A DNA stretch of 63,610 bases, the filler included, from Choristocarpus tenellus KU-1152 (Eukaryota > Protista > Phaeophyceae), in NCBI GenBank assembly GCA_964200185.2. It is 8 parts of 8 records of this genome, joined end to end, with 100 filler letters (N's around TTAATTAATTAA, not from the genome) between each part and the next. Parts side by side here need not be neighbours in the genome. Positions count along the whole stretch, not along the records: positions 1 to 15,911 come from CAXNAD020000907.1; 7 more parts are not named here. The stretch is one strand, 5' to 3'. Shown here one piece after another: positions 1-13,373 of the stretch; positions within the stretch are counted from its first letter, which is position 1; each line of letters opens with the position of its first letter. The position numbers and the translations under genes are program-made. Below the pieces are notes generated by a model. That model saw only the letters and a program-made list of their open reading frames with translations. It ran no database searches and was not told where the DNA came from.

Positions 1-1542
1 GTGTGTTGTGCAGACAACAAAAGGTTGCCCACCAAATTCTTAAGCAAAATGGGGCAACTTACACCTACCTGTGATTCTGCCCCTCAAGCCCTCCTCCACA
101 AAACTCTATTCCAGCACAGTATTTTGCTGCATCCAGTGGGGAATTCGAGGGGATCTTGCCTGCCTCCTCAGCCTTTTCCTTGCTAAGATGTGTTGGTCAC
201 CCCCACATCTTCCTTCAGTTGCTGGATGGAATGAAGGAATACCATATTGTTAACGTTGAGATATGGGTTGGTCTCCATGACAATGTTGTCCTCTGCGACC
301 TCCTCGATTGCCTCCGTGGTCTCCCACTTGGTGTGTGGCTTTGCCCCATCCTGCTGCATGAAGATGGTGTGTGTCCTTCCGGCCTAGGAATGCAGGTCTT
401 GATTGCTGGGATGACCACCTCGATCATGGCTTCTTACACCTCTCCCTGTCCACTGTGGCTGGCACAAGCACCTTGGTGCCCTTGGGGTGGTGTGTTTTCT
501 GGAGCGCTGAGTGACTGTAGTGTGTGTGATTGGCTAGATTGTGTTGTATCAATGGGACATCCCCAACATGGAGGACACTTGTATGGCAGGCGTATCACCC
601 CTTGGTTTGCCGTACAAGGCCTATGCATTCACCCCGTGGCAGCCTGGCTGTTATACTCCTTCACATGATGGAATATGGTGCTTATGGTGATTTGGAAAAT
701 TCCTAAGTCCCCCGCAATGGCCACCACCGTCCCCTGAGGTGTCCTAGTTTTATGCCCTGCCGCCTTCAGGCATCAGGCCACCGTGCTGTTCTTCATGGGG
801 GTGTTTGAGTCCTGACCCTGGACAGACTTTTGGGCCAAGGGATTGTCACCGAAAGGCGGTGATGGGATGAGCGAGCCAATCAAATGATGGGGGACTTTGT
901 CCTAGGTATCCCAATAAACATCTGCTTTGACATTTTCGCGAGGTTTTTGAATGCTGTCAAGTGTGACTTGGTTGAGTTTGCGTTGGTGATCCTCCACCTT
1001 CATGATAGCCCACCATCTTGAACTTTGCACACCTCCAAATGTATATGAGAACTAAGCCTCGTCCAGAGGGTTTATCACATGGGTCATTCCCGGGTGAGAA
1101 CAGAGCTCGCAAAAGTTACGTTACATTTATTTCCGAACGGAGGAAGTATACTTTGCCTCTTTGTATCACCTGTGTGTGTAATTGCAGAGTTAGTATTTTT
1201 TTTATTGTGTCTCTTCAATTACTTCTATCCTTATTTTTTCTGATCTCAATGGGTCGCCTCACTAATGTCAATGCCTTTTGTTTTCTTTTCCCCCCCTTAT
1301 TATGTCTTTGTCTCCTGTATATGAAGTTTCTGGTAAGTTGTCTTTCCTACTTTTCGTGTCTACTCAAGGTTTTACCTTACATTTGTTTTATTAAACTGGT
1401 CAGGCGATCTTTTTTTTTTCATGGTTTATATATGTTTAGAACACAGTATCCAGCGATCCCACAGCACCCTCAAGATCTGTTCTCACACCGACATGAATGC
1501 ATGCCCAACCCCAACAAGCAAAGTGTACCTAACCCATGACAG

Positions 1543-4500
1543 GTCTGCATGGACCGCAATGCCCCAGACTACTACCTTGAAACAACAGACAGCAGCTTGA
1601 GTGACACAGAGGCCTTTGTCAGGCACACCCTCGGGCTGGAGTATGAGGGCAAAGAGGCCGAGGTAACTACAACAGCAGGTAGTTCACCCCTACTGGTGAC
1701 TCCAGTAGTGACACCAAGGTTTGTGCCCACTTGTACAGTGGAGCTGCTTCAGGGTCTAGGGAAGATCTCTTCTATGTACCAGATCCCTGTTCAGTCACAC
1801 CTTTCGGAATCCCCTCAGGAGATTGCGTGGGTCAAGGAACTGCACCCTGAGTGAGTGTTGTTGTGGCAGTGTGGCAGGGGACGATGGGGGGTGGATGGGA
1901 AAGAGGATTGAGTCTGTACCTTGGTGTTGGGGAGGGTGTAATAGGGACAAAGTAGTAGTATAGGTGGTTGAGATTTTGGGGGTAAGAGATGACACAGGTT
2001 TTGATTTCAGGGCAACAAAAAGAAAAAAGGGGAAAGAGGGGTTATGTGTGGGGGGATGGGCTTGTGAGGTTGAATCTCTTGAAAAAGCAGTATTTTTGTA
2101 TAGTACTGTAATGTATGAAAGTTTATGTATTAAGGTGTGTGCTGATGTTCTCTTGTGCAATTGATGTATTAGAGTAGGGGGGTGTAATCTGAAGTGGCTG
2201 GGTAGATAAGCAGAGTATGAGGTGGGGGCCTGCAGTTGTAGCAGTTGTGCCTTCTTATCAGCGTGACCCCAAATGTTAACCAACTAGGAGTATTTACATT
2301 AAAAAATATTTTTGTCTGTGTATGTATGTGTTTTGAGTGCAGGTGTAGCAGTTACTCAGATGTATACCGAAGATATGGACTCATGCATGAGAGGTCCTAT
2401 TTTGCACACTGTGTACACTCTTGTGGGGAGGAGAGGGCAATGATGTTGGACACAAAGGTGAGAATGGAGTTGATAGTCTACTAGGAGTACCTCTATATTG
2501 AATGCCTTTGTCCTGGTCGTTTTTGTTTTCATTGATATTCATACGATGTATTTGGATGGTTAATGTGTGTGAGGTGAAGGCATGTGTGTTCTTCAATCAG
2601 GCCCCATTCGTATTTTGTCAATGTTTCCACTTCTGTAGGTATCATGTCTTGATTGTTGGATGTATCAGATGACGTTATTCCTGCCTTCAGATGAATGCAT
2701 AAGACCAAAATATGAAGAATACCTGATTTAGTGATATTACATAGTACCATCATTTTAAACTTTATTTTCAGCTAGTGCAAAGATGTGAGTGAGTATTGCA
2801 GCATTAGTATAGCTCTAGAGTTGCTATTTTGTGGGACTGATGGCTACAAGTGATGGTGGAATCTTTCCTTGCTGTGTTGGAGTTTTGTAGAAGTGTGTAA
2901 CTATATGGGCTGGAGTATTGATCCTTGTAATGAAGCACTGCTGCAATTACACAATATGTTTTTTGTTCCTATGTTGTCAGTTTTTGTTTTCAACCTACTT
3001 TTCTCATATGTTGTTCTTAGGGCAATGATAATGCACCACCCTATACACGGAAGCGCTAGGGATAGGTGCATATTGGCCAATTTTTACCTTGTTGCACAGG
3101 TGATACCCCATCCTATTTATTGGTCAAGCAGATACTGTAGAAAAAGTCTATCGTGCTTTGCGAAGCAGGTGGAATAAAAGAAGTACCTCGTGGATGCATT
3201 GTGTATGCGAACACTCATTGCATACTATGATGTGCAGACCTAGCTACATAGAGCGATCCACAGTTTGTAGCAATATATCAGTACTATATTTTAAAGTGCG
3301 AACTTAGTGAGTGTGCTCTTTATTGTAAACCTCAGGGTTTTTTGTTGCCTCTGTTCCACATCAATTGTTAAAAATAAATAAATACGGACACGTGTTTTTG
3401 TGAGGTGAAAGAAAATGCTAGTTATGAGTATACCCCAAACAGATTTTGAAAGTGTTGCCTCCTTGTCAATAATGAGGACCGTTTGAGTCAACTGTAGCTA
3501 TTTTTGGGGGGTGGGTGCCCAGAGTCAGTTGAACCCAGCAATACTGCGTAATTTCCCTATCATGGGCAATGGGGCTGGTGAGATGTCGAAGAGTTCAAGG
3601 ACAACAATACGCCTTTTAGGTGTTGTTGTGTTGGCACTCTATGAAGGAGTTCGGTGGTTCTCCGCTGTTTCGCAGACAGAGGGGATGGTCACAACTCCCA
3701 CATGGATGCCAAAGGTCATTGTAAATGGGTTTAGAATTTCCCAATGGAAAGTGTAGTGTGAGCTCAAGCAGTACTATGCCCAAGTTGCCATGAGGGGACC
3801 TCATGGGCTGATCGCATGAGTCAAGGGATGTTGCGGCTGCTCTTCTGCGATTGTGAAGTGTTTGAGGTGTCCCCAATTCTCTACACATTGTGCCAAGAAA
3901 TGGACATAACGCTGAGACCATCATAACAAATGCTGCAGCAACAACCGGGCATCAAATACAGAGGAGATCTAACCTGTATCCTTGCCTGGGGAGAACTAAA
4001 ATGCCTCAAGATAAATCAAGATGTTTGATCATCGTCAAGATAAATCAAGATGTTTGATCATCGTCAAGCTCCTCCTGGCTAGCAACAGTCAGGATGCAAG
4101 GAGTGGGCTTGAGGGCAGCTGATGTTCAGCAGGCTGGAATTCAGCAGTATCCAAAGATAGGCATTAGGGATGCTATTGAGGGAGCAGGGTGGGTGGAATC
4201 ATGAATGAGACCCAGCTGATGAGCTTTCAAGAGATAATGTACTTGACCTGGGATTTTTGAACATACCGTCCATTGCTTGAAAGAAGATGTGAAGGTGATC
4301 AATGCTGGAAGCTGGTGGGGGTCACCATAGAGGCATTTGGTTATCATGCTTGAAAATGGGTGACAATGCTTCCTTCCTGCCTATGGTGAGATGCTGAAGT
4401 ACAGGGGGAAAAAGACTGATGGCTCACCACAACCTTGCATCAGAAGAACCAACAGATAGGACAAACTTTCAAGGGAAATTGTGTGAATGTTTAATATACC

Positions 4501-7500
4501 AGGGCTCTTCATATGTACGGGAAGTTTGCATGGTTGGGATTCAGGCCATGGCTGTTGGCCTATCTGTGACCTGCCTGATGTTGAATTATTTGAATTTGTA
4601 CTGGGTCGGCCCGTGCCCCAATCATGTTGAAGTAGTTCACGATCATAGACCAAACATATTGGTATCAAGCCAACCCAATTCTTGGTCATATTAAAGATAT
4701 TGATGGCAACGAATAAGATACTTTTTTTTCGTTTTCCCTGCAGCCACCTTCTTCCACATTGTTGTGATGCACCTAATTTGGATCTGACAGGGATATTCAC
4801 TGCCCGTGCTTCTACATAGCCTCAGGCCAGTCCATGTCCCAGTCCCAATACACTACCTGACAACCCTGGTCTGGACATGTGAAATGTAGGAACATGTATT
4901 GACTGTGGCCTGGTCCCGAAGAAGTATCTAATTGCCCTGGTCGGAACATCTGGCAAGATGTTAGAATCATGTCCAAACCATTTCAAAACTTGGTGAACCT
5001 GTTCCAGGCACATCAGAAATATTGGAACCTGTCCACCCTGGTACTTGGCGAACCTACTTTATGCACTTCAGAAAATATTGGAAGTGGTCTGGCCCACGAA
5101 TTGCTCCCTTTGCATTTTCCCAGCCTGATATAAGCCCTGAAAGAATCTCCACCAGAAAAGGGTTTTCAAAGTCTAGTAGGAGCAGGGGGGGGGGGGGGAG
5201 TAGACGGTCATTTAATTTCATACCTTGGGAATGTGCCAAGCAAGGTCAGCACAAACACTATTCAAATATAAGACAACTCCAACACCATCTACTGTCTCAT
5301 CCTGCTCATGAAAAATAGTTTGAGGACTGGTATGGAACAGAGGAAACTCTTCATTTTTCCATGGGACTGATTTCTATTTGATGCGAGTAATCTGCATAGA
5401 AGTCTAGCGTTTGCATCACCACACAGAGTGGTTTTCAGACTTTATTTAGATCGTCTGACAACTCCATTTCTACTGGAAGTAACAGCTCAAGCACTGTTCC
5501 CATTGCGAAATCGTCCCACATTCCAGAAGTCTCCTCTGCCTCCCCTCAGTACTTTTTTGTACACTTAGTACCACTAGTGGTAGAGTGTAGTCTACTCTAA
5601 TATAGCTACCCTCAACAGCACCTTATGCGAAAATAATGGATATCAATGGTCAGTGCTGTAAACGCAAGCCCTCTACCCCTTGCAAACTTTCTAACGCATT
5701 CATAACCCAATCCAATTTGTCACTGTCAGCTGAGCTCTTTTCGAGATGAAGCGCTTTTTGCAACACACACCAGACCATTGCTCTGTTGGTCGTCTCCTCA
5801 ATTTTACTGTTTCATTTCCCTCTTCTGAACACATCTGTAAAGAGTTGGGCGTGAAATATTGTTGTGAAGTTGCTAATGTTTCGTGAACCCGTGGTGGTGG
5901 CAAATACCATGTGATACACATCACGGTGCTTTGGGGGTGTTTGGGTTAGATATTATTTTATACTACATACATCTGTTTGTTGCAAAGAGTTTATTCAATT
6001 ATGTTTTTGTTTTTTTTGTCCTTGCAGGCAGGGGTGGTGCATTGTGCATCTTCAAACATGATGCTCTCCAGCGGAGTGTGCAACGTGAGGCGATTCTTGG
6101 ATGAAGGCATCAAGGTGTGCTTTCGCTGTGCATGGGTTTCTAGCAGACAGGACAGGCTTTAACAGCAATTGGTTCAATACCAATGGGTCAAGTGTTGGAC
6201 TTGAGGTTTGCAGGTTCAGATCTGTGTCCTACATATATAGATTGACAACTATGGCGCTCTATGTGCTTGTATTTGTGTGTATTTGGTGTGTGTGTGTGAT
6301 GGCGTGTTTAGTGACAGATTTTTTTTTTTTGTCCATTACTCGCGTACTGTTCTCTGAAGGGCTTGGTATCTAGTACAGTGTGCTGAATATAATACTGTTT
6401 GAATGTTTATGTGCCCTCTTTTTGTGTCCACGCTTACGTTTTTTTACAGGTCGGACTGGGCACAGATGTTGCAGGAGGGTACAGCACATCCATGCTGGAC
6501 TGCATTCGCAAGACACTGATTGTGTCCCGGGTGTCATGTATGGGGGTGAAACACGATGAGGGTGGCGAGGGTGGGGAACCTATCAGGTAAGAACTGTGGC
6601 ACCCATGTAAGGACTGGTCCAACAAGGGTGAGTGTTGAGCTCCAGCTACAGGTCATTGCATCTTGTCCTAACTGCTGGGGCTTCTCTTATGTTTTTTCCT
6701 ACTGGAACATTTGCAGGGCCGTGATGAGTCAGGGTTTTCTTACAAGGAAGAATGAATGTATATATAAACATGGAGTACATAAAGCAATGGACATTAACAT
6801 TCCATTTCAAACCTTTAAACATCAGCACCCGTTCCACACAACCACCAGAAAATTGGTCTATTGTGAATATGATTTGTGATGATTGAAATGGACATTACTT
6901 GGTGGTACTATATCGTAGTGATACATCTGATTGTGCCATCATAGGGTGTTTCTCACCTTAGTCTGTCATTCACTAAAGTATCTCCAACTGGCACAGCTCT
7001 CTTGGCATATTCTGCTCTGAAAACCGTATGATAGGCCTATAACTATTGCCTGTGAAAGATCTAGAGGTAAGGGACTCTTGTGGCTTCTTTCATGCCATGC
7101 ATTTGAGCACCCAGGGAAATAATATATTGTGTTACGGTTATGTTATACCTTGGACCCATATATCAAGAGTTGTAAAATGTCTTACCCATCAACAAGAGGT
7201 TTGTTGAGAAAACTCCTCGTGTTTCTATTTGTATAGTGGTGCTGTTTCTTGTTACCCTTTGAAACTAAAACATGTGTTGTACTGAGTACTTGATATTTTT
7301 TGCGAACAAACTCTAAGCGTATGTTTTGCTCCATCATCCATTCTGTCATTTGTGTTTGGTATTTCAATGTGTTGTGGAGTGGAGCACCATTGGTGTCTTT
7401 TGGTTGCATGTCCTTTGTGAAAGTGGAACAAAGAATGGCCCCCAAAATGATGGTCGAGGCTAGCCAGGTATCAGGGTACCTGGCTGGTGTGGGTATGGTG

Positions 7501-10500
7501 CATGTGTGCAAGCATATATATATATATATATATATGAAGAATATGTACAATTGTCATAAATATGGTTTGGGTCGACTACTTCAGTGTGGTGTGTGGAGGG
7601 TGATCGGTGGGTGGTCACAGCTGTTACAGCTATCCACGCACTTCCGCTTCTAGTGACACCTACAACTATCCTTTTGTTTGTGCCCATACATGTAGGGATG
7701 CAAACGTTTGTCTTTTTGTGAGATGACAGCTTTATTTTTAGGGACATATCTTGACACTTGTAAGAATTCCTCACAGGACCTACTGTATCTGTATTTTGTG
7801 CTCCCTCTGCTCTACCCTGCCTTCTTTTTTAATTTGCTTTACATTTATTATCTTTTGTTTTGCAGCTTCCAGGAGGCGTTCCACCTGGCCACGCAGGGTG
7901 GTGCAGAAACCCTGGGGCTGGGGGAAGTGGTGGGGAACTTCCTACCAGGAAAGCAGGTGTGCCATGTGTTTGTGCCAGGACTAGTGTACAAACAGCAATT
8001 TTATTGTTTTTCTTGCAGAGTTAACAAGTTTACGATGTTCCTGTGAAAGGTACTTTCTCTCACAACTTATAGTGGTAGGTAGGAACCTCCAACAGATACA
8101 TTTAGAGGTGTGAATCAACAGCATTTTTTCTATTGATAATTCAACCGGCTAGAAGAATTCTGGAGTACTACAATCGAAATACTCACAAAACACACAAATC
8201 GAGGTGTGTGAATTGCCAACCTCTGTGAGCAAAGTGAGCAGTGCATATTTGCTTGAGAAATGTACAATCTAAAATTCTACTCAACTTTCGGTTTTTGATG
8301 GTGAAGATTTATTCAAGCCGTAGAGATTGAATTGCTACAATTCACAATGCCATTGGAGATGATGGTATAAACAAGAAAACCAGAAGATTTAAATCCCAAC
8401 ACAAGCCTAGAACTATCTGATTTGGGCAGCACTGTTTGAGTGTGTTGGTTGCTTTCTTCACGTATGTGAATTGCTTAGCCCACTAAGTACATTGCATTGG
8501 AATTCATGGATGGTCACCAAGGGTCGTTCCTAAGTATATAAATTTGGTTCATTCTATTTATTTTTTTTGTGCAAATGGTGGAGAGGTGAGCTTTTTTCCC
8601 ATCAAATAATTCACATATATTATAAAAATTAAAATATCATAGTTGTGTCACACCTCGCGCTTCCCTTAATATTTTAATCGACCAATATGACCACTAGAAG
8701 GAATGGCCAGTGTTGGAACATCAGCTACTATAGTGGCACCAGTAGCTTCGCCCTCTGGGGTTGTCCCATCATAACGTTTGATGTAGACGTCGGATTTAAA
8801 AAATAAAAGCATATTCGTGATGCCCATCAGAGTGCCCTCCAGAGTACAGGCTTCGTTTTTTTTCTCCCCATTTTTTTTTTGAATAAAGATCGCTCATATT
8901 GGGGTTCGAACCCTGGATTGTAGGTCACCAAGAGTGCCACCAGATGCTAATACTTGATTAAAGTATAGGGTTTAGGCGGGAAAAAAGTCTCCCTACCCTT
9001 TCTTCCTGTGTGTTCGCACACCCACCCTTTGACCTCGGCAAGGACGTCCTTGTTGATGCCCAGAATGAAACGCCAGTCATAGCGCCCTTGCTCCAACACC
9101 TTGATTTGGCCCTTAGTTAGGAAGTCTCTCTCCTATTTACTCACAGTTTCTGACCTGACCATCGCATATCCTGCTGCCATCTCGAGCGCAGTTAGACGGT
9201 CTTTCCCGCCGTTGATACACAGGTACAGGATTCGCAGTGTTAGAGCCTTTACTATCACATTTCCTTGTTGAGTGCTGGAAATGGGGGTTGTCCGTGGTTC
9301 CTGGATGGGCAATATTTTATCGTCAAAGGTGCAAGGGCGAGGGAGGACAGGCTTGAGTTGATCGAAAAATGTGTTGATTTCTCGATTGAATGCAGGCTGG
9401 GAGAAGAGAAAGCCTTAGTCAACTTTATACGTCCTACCCAAAGTCCGTCAACAAGAGTGAATGCATGACATCTTGCAAGCGATGGGAGACACCAAGCCAT
9501 TCGTGTGCAAATAGTCTCAATCTCACCCCGTCTTCTTCCCTGGCATCCATGTCGATGGCTACCTTCACCTGCTTCGCGACCTCGTCGAAGTAAAGGATTT
9601 GGTGGTATCAAAGAGTCTCCACAGCAGCCTTTGTTGTGATTGCTTTCTCCTCCGCCTTGCGAGCCCTTTCGACCTTCTTTCGGGCTTCAGAGCCCTTGTA
9701 CCCTAACCCTAACACCTTCTTTGCCGTTTCCTTAAGCCACTCCAGCTCGCTCGGCTTCGAAACAGACAGGGCCCGCTGCAACTGTTGACTACTAAGATAT
9801 TCTACACCCGGGTTTTCACTTAGGCGTTTCCTGAGCGCAATGTCACGTAGTTGCACTGGCTCTCTTCCCCAACCTTCCCTTCGGGCGGCCACTATGTTTC
9901 CTTCGCCCGCCATGACCAGGCTTCCCAACAGACTTCGTCACTGTACCACCTGGTGATGGACTCGCCGCTCTCTTCCTGCTTTCCTGAGGCGGCAGAGACT
10001 GCAGAATAGTGTGGTAATGCTCTTGTCATACCCTTTCGTTTGATGTATACATTGTTGTATGACTGTTGTGGCGTTCTGGTGAAAAGAACTGCAATTGCCA
10101 CCGAGGGAAAAGGCTACTGGTACCGCCTTCAAAGAAATATCTTTTTCAAAAAGTAAATGGTGGACACCATGGAGAAAGGAAATTCTGTAATATGAAAAAA
10201 AAAAGAGGGTTAGGGCCAAATGATGGTCCCAAAGATTTTTATTTTTTACACACACAAAATGGAGGGAACAGAGTCAAGGGCACAACCAGAACCATTTGCT
10301 GTCATTTGGGACAGGCCTTACGGACATCTGGGTACTTGGGCTGACCAATGGACAGACACGCAATGAATGTCTTGAAGTTTGACTGAATATAGTAGGGCTT
10401 ACTTGATCCATCTGACTTGGTTGTGGACGGAATGAAATACTTCGATCACTAGGAAGAAGAATCTCGCCATCAAAAAATCATTGCACACCTCAAGTTAGAG

Positions 10501-13373
10501 TTCACAATGCACTCAAGCATTTCTTATCTTAGGTAAGTATTGTGCCCTGCTGTACCTCAAGACAAGAAACATTTCTCCTGCAATTTTTTGAGTTGTCGCA
10601 GCAAACTTTGACAATAGCTTCCATCTTAATAATTTGAAGATCGGAATTTGGGTAGAAAACGTTTTCTCGTCATCAGCGCAAAGTGACCCTTTTGAACTCG
10701 GAAAATTCTAGGAGAAACAGGGGAGTTACTCTCTGTCAGTGTTCCTTCTCAGGTGTATGAAGTAGTACCTTACTTCAAAAGAGGTTGTGATTTTTCTTTT
10801 TTTTTCTTTGACCGAAGGTTGTGGGTTAGGGTTAGGGTTCCCCCCCTTCGATCTTTCAGGACCAGTGGGGAAGCGAGGTCAAGAGGGCCAAAGATATGAG
10901 GTGGTGAAAGGTATCATTAGCAAGTTTCAGATAGCTACCATCCGCCTAAACAATATGATACCTTCATATGGTGACATTGATTGTACAAAGGATGGCGCAT
11001 GTCGATTGATGTGTAGATCTGACTGTACTCCAAGATAAGGAGGATTTGAAGACATGGTGAAACATGCCATGGGTTGCACTTGTAGGCGACCATTTTTGGT
11101 CACTGGGGCTTAGTTCAAGGATGTATTGATTGGTGTAGAAATTGGAGGTGGTGGGGTGGTATGACATGATAATATATATTTTCTTTTGACAGTATGAATG
11201 GATTTTGCAAGTGCTGTCCACAGTTTGTTGCTGAGTTACCTTGTGCTGATGACAAAGATAAGTAAACTCTGTTGTGATCCCTGGTCACAAATGTACATTT
11301 TTTTGGTGAAGATTAGATTCAAAATACAACTTTACGAAATCTCGCACCAACATGAGTACTCTTGAAAATATTATATTTTGATAAGATTGAGGGGGACGAA
11401 ACATGATAAAAGCAACATTTCTACCGATGGAATAGCCAATGTATCTTATACCCCAGAGTAATTGTTTTATTTTTGATCAATGGGATGCACTTGCCTTTGA
11501 AATTTACCCAAGCGGATAGAGTATCACCGGACTCTGTTAAGTAGAACGTGACACCTCAGTGTAGGTGTTTCCTTGATACAGATGGTATTCCATCATGATG
11601 CGACCATGTGTGCACAAAAATATGATTGCCGCTTTTTGTTTAAAAGTAAGAAATCCAAGAATATCACATCACTGGAAAATATAGTCTTCAGAGGGTAATG
11701 TTATCGAGCTATCAAAGGTTTACTGTTCAAAGAATGAGGCAAACTAGCGATTGTGTCTGATTTTGATATGACCAATATCGCCACTGGTTCCATTTGAGAG
11801 AAATGTATAATGCCACTCCAGCCAAAAATATTTTACAAGGTTTACTATCCACCTTGCTAACCTTGTTTCTCAGTTAACAGTTGACTCTATTACTTTTTTA
11901 TCTCCGAATGAATTAGGGCTGAGCAAGCAACAGTCAGTGTGATACCTGAACTTTCAGGGAAGACAGGTATATATCATATTAGTAATAGACTTCAAAATTG
12001 TGGTATTCTTTGCTGCTAATTGGTGCTGAGAACAACGCTGAGTTTTGGTTCCTGTATGAATTTCAAAAAATGACATGTTTTGGTTGTGGAATGGGGATAA
12101 ATAATTGTTTTTGTCCAATATAATAAGCTAAAAATAATAGTTACAAACTATTGAGTATCTCAAAAATATATGGAGTAGAGAAAGCTGCCACATTTATTTT
12201 CCTGCTTTCATTAAGAAGCAACGATTGCAATACCTCAGAACAATTCCTTCCTGGTGATATACTATAACAGTTATAGGTGCTCAAGTAATTTTATTGTCAT
12301 AAATTCAAGCCCATCTCCTGATTGATAGGATAAACTTACATATTGTTAGAATTAGGATTAGCGCTACCAGATATCTTAACGCGATTTACAAATAATTTTC
12401 CCAAGATTTTGTACTCTTTTAAAAAGAATCTATGTACCTTCTAAAAATACAATTTTTGAATGATATTTCAAGTAAAAGTATCTTAGGGTTAGGGTACGAA
12501 TTATTCCCTGTTTGTCCATTTAGGGCTTGGCTTACCCATGCGTTTTTAATGAGATTTTGACTACCTCAAAATTCAAAATATTTCGGAATAGGCAAAATGT
12601 ATACGTTTTGAAAAGTAGTGTCCGGAACAAGGATATGGCATCTCCTAACAAACACGATAGCCAGAATTACATCAAAATCGGAACATTGGATTTTGACCCC
12701 CAAATGGACGCGGGCTTACCCTCTAAGATACTTTGGCTCTTCGTGATTAATGGTCTAAAAACAATGAAAAAAAAATAATACGTTAAACAGATTTTTATTC
12801 AGATCAAGATATTTAGTAAATTCATGTGGAAAGGTTTTACTATATTATGTTGGTGGAAGTATTTTATAGTACTAAATATTTAGTAATAAACTAAAAGGTG
12901 GTTAATCAAATTACCCTACTATTTATATAAAATAATCTTTGATTGCCTCTAGCAATAATTAATGTCCCAAATTTGTGCACCGCCACCAACAACTGAGGGG
13001 TGAAAGTGGAAAGAAGCATTGGGCGAGCATGCAATGTTGTTCCTCACGTTCTTTTTTCTTCTAGTTGTTTGTTCCCAAACTGGTACAATCTAGACACAAA
13101 ACATCTGTTATTGCCCCTTTTATCACGTTAATCATAAACAAACCCAAATTGAAGGCCTGATGATTGCCACAACATTCCTGTATCCCTGCCGAGCAGTTCG
13201 ATGCCATTGTGGTAGACCCCACTGCTGATAGGGGTGAAGGCCATGGGAGCTCGCCATACGACCTGTTTCCTGAGCTTGGACAGGGTATGCAAGCTGCCTT
13301 TGAGAAGTTTTTGTTCTTGGGTGATGACAGGAATATTTGGGAAGTATTTGTTGCAGGCAAGAAGGTTGTGTGA
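1543..13373 (+). CDS. GDA: Guanine deaminase (amidohydrolase superfamily), 5'-partial; exons 1543-1850, 2343-2457, 6028-6114, 6450-6586, 7866-7956, 13197-13373
   Basis: All six exons have AG acceptors, the five internal ends have GT donors, and phases are compatible. The spliced protein reads VCMDRNAPDYY...TPRFVPTCT...QSHLSE...AHCVH...HCASSNMMLSSG...VGLGTDVAGGYS...FHLATQGGA...GKQFDAIVVD...FEKFLFLGDDRNIWEVFVAGKKVV*, the canonical GDA motif series. Confidence 0.95.
4006..4068. repeat. Perfect 29-bp tandem duplication inside a decayed retroelement-like intronic region
   Basis: tcaagataaatcaagatgtttgatcatcg x2 + tcaag. Confidence 0.9.
8990..10000 (-). mobile_element. Decayed DNA-transposon transposase N-terminal (HTH) region inside the GDA intron 7957-13196; possibly IS630/Tc1/mariner-like
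   Basis: ORF 9608-9928 continues through stops and a frameshift into ...ALEMAAGYAMVRSETVSK*ERDFLTKGQIKVLEQGRYDWRFILGINKDVLAEVKGWVRTHRKKG, which resembles paired-HTH regions of DDE transposases. No catalytic domain or TIR found. Confidence 0.4.
10655..11265. mobile_element. Non-autonomous element bounded by imperfect inverted repeats
   Basis: GTCATCAGCGCAAAGTGACCC (~10668) is nearly the reverse complement of GAGTTACCTTGTGCTGATGAC (~11233). Confidence 0.4.
11560..12900 (+). pseudogene. Decayed Polinton/Maverick-type protein-primed DNA polymerase B fragment (intronic, interrupted by a MITE)
   Basis: Colinear degenerate motifs across frames: KVR...HITGKYS (cf. KVRDHCHxTGKYRG), YDQYRHWFHLREM, VDSITF, LSGKTGIYH (cf. 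KGxYPY), IYGVEKA (cf. YGLDP), TYILLELGLALPDILTRFTNNFPK (cf. GYILEVDLEYPxxLHDxHNDYPL), and after the MITE LKTMKKK*YV (cf. NLxDKKxYV). Confidence 0.55.
12470..12739 (+). mobile_element. MITE family 1, copy A (TSD TTC; telomeric insertion in left TIR)
   Basis: TIRs AAGTAAAAGTATCTTAG..GGTA / TACCCTCTAAGATACTTTGGCTC. Internal sequence is shared with five other copies. Confidence 0.92.

Noticed and set aside
1-1000. Possible LTR-retrotransposon gag remnant (also 3500-4700, 14500-15600, 24200-24800, 35500-37500)
   Set aside because: These look like decayed coding sequence, but no motif was clear enough to assign a family.
8895-8955. GGTTCGAACC B-box-like motif suggesting a tRNA
   Set aside because: No cloverleaf or acceptor stem could be built; at most a SINE-like remnant.
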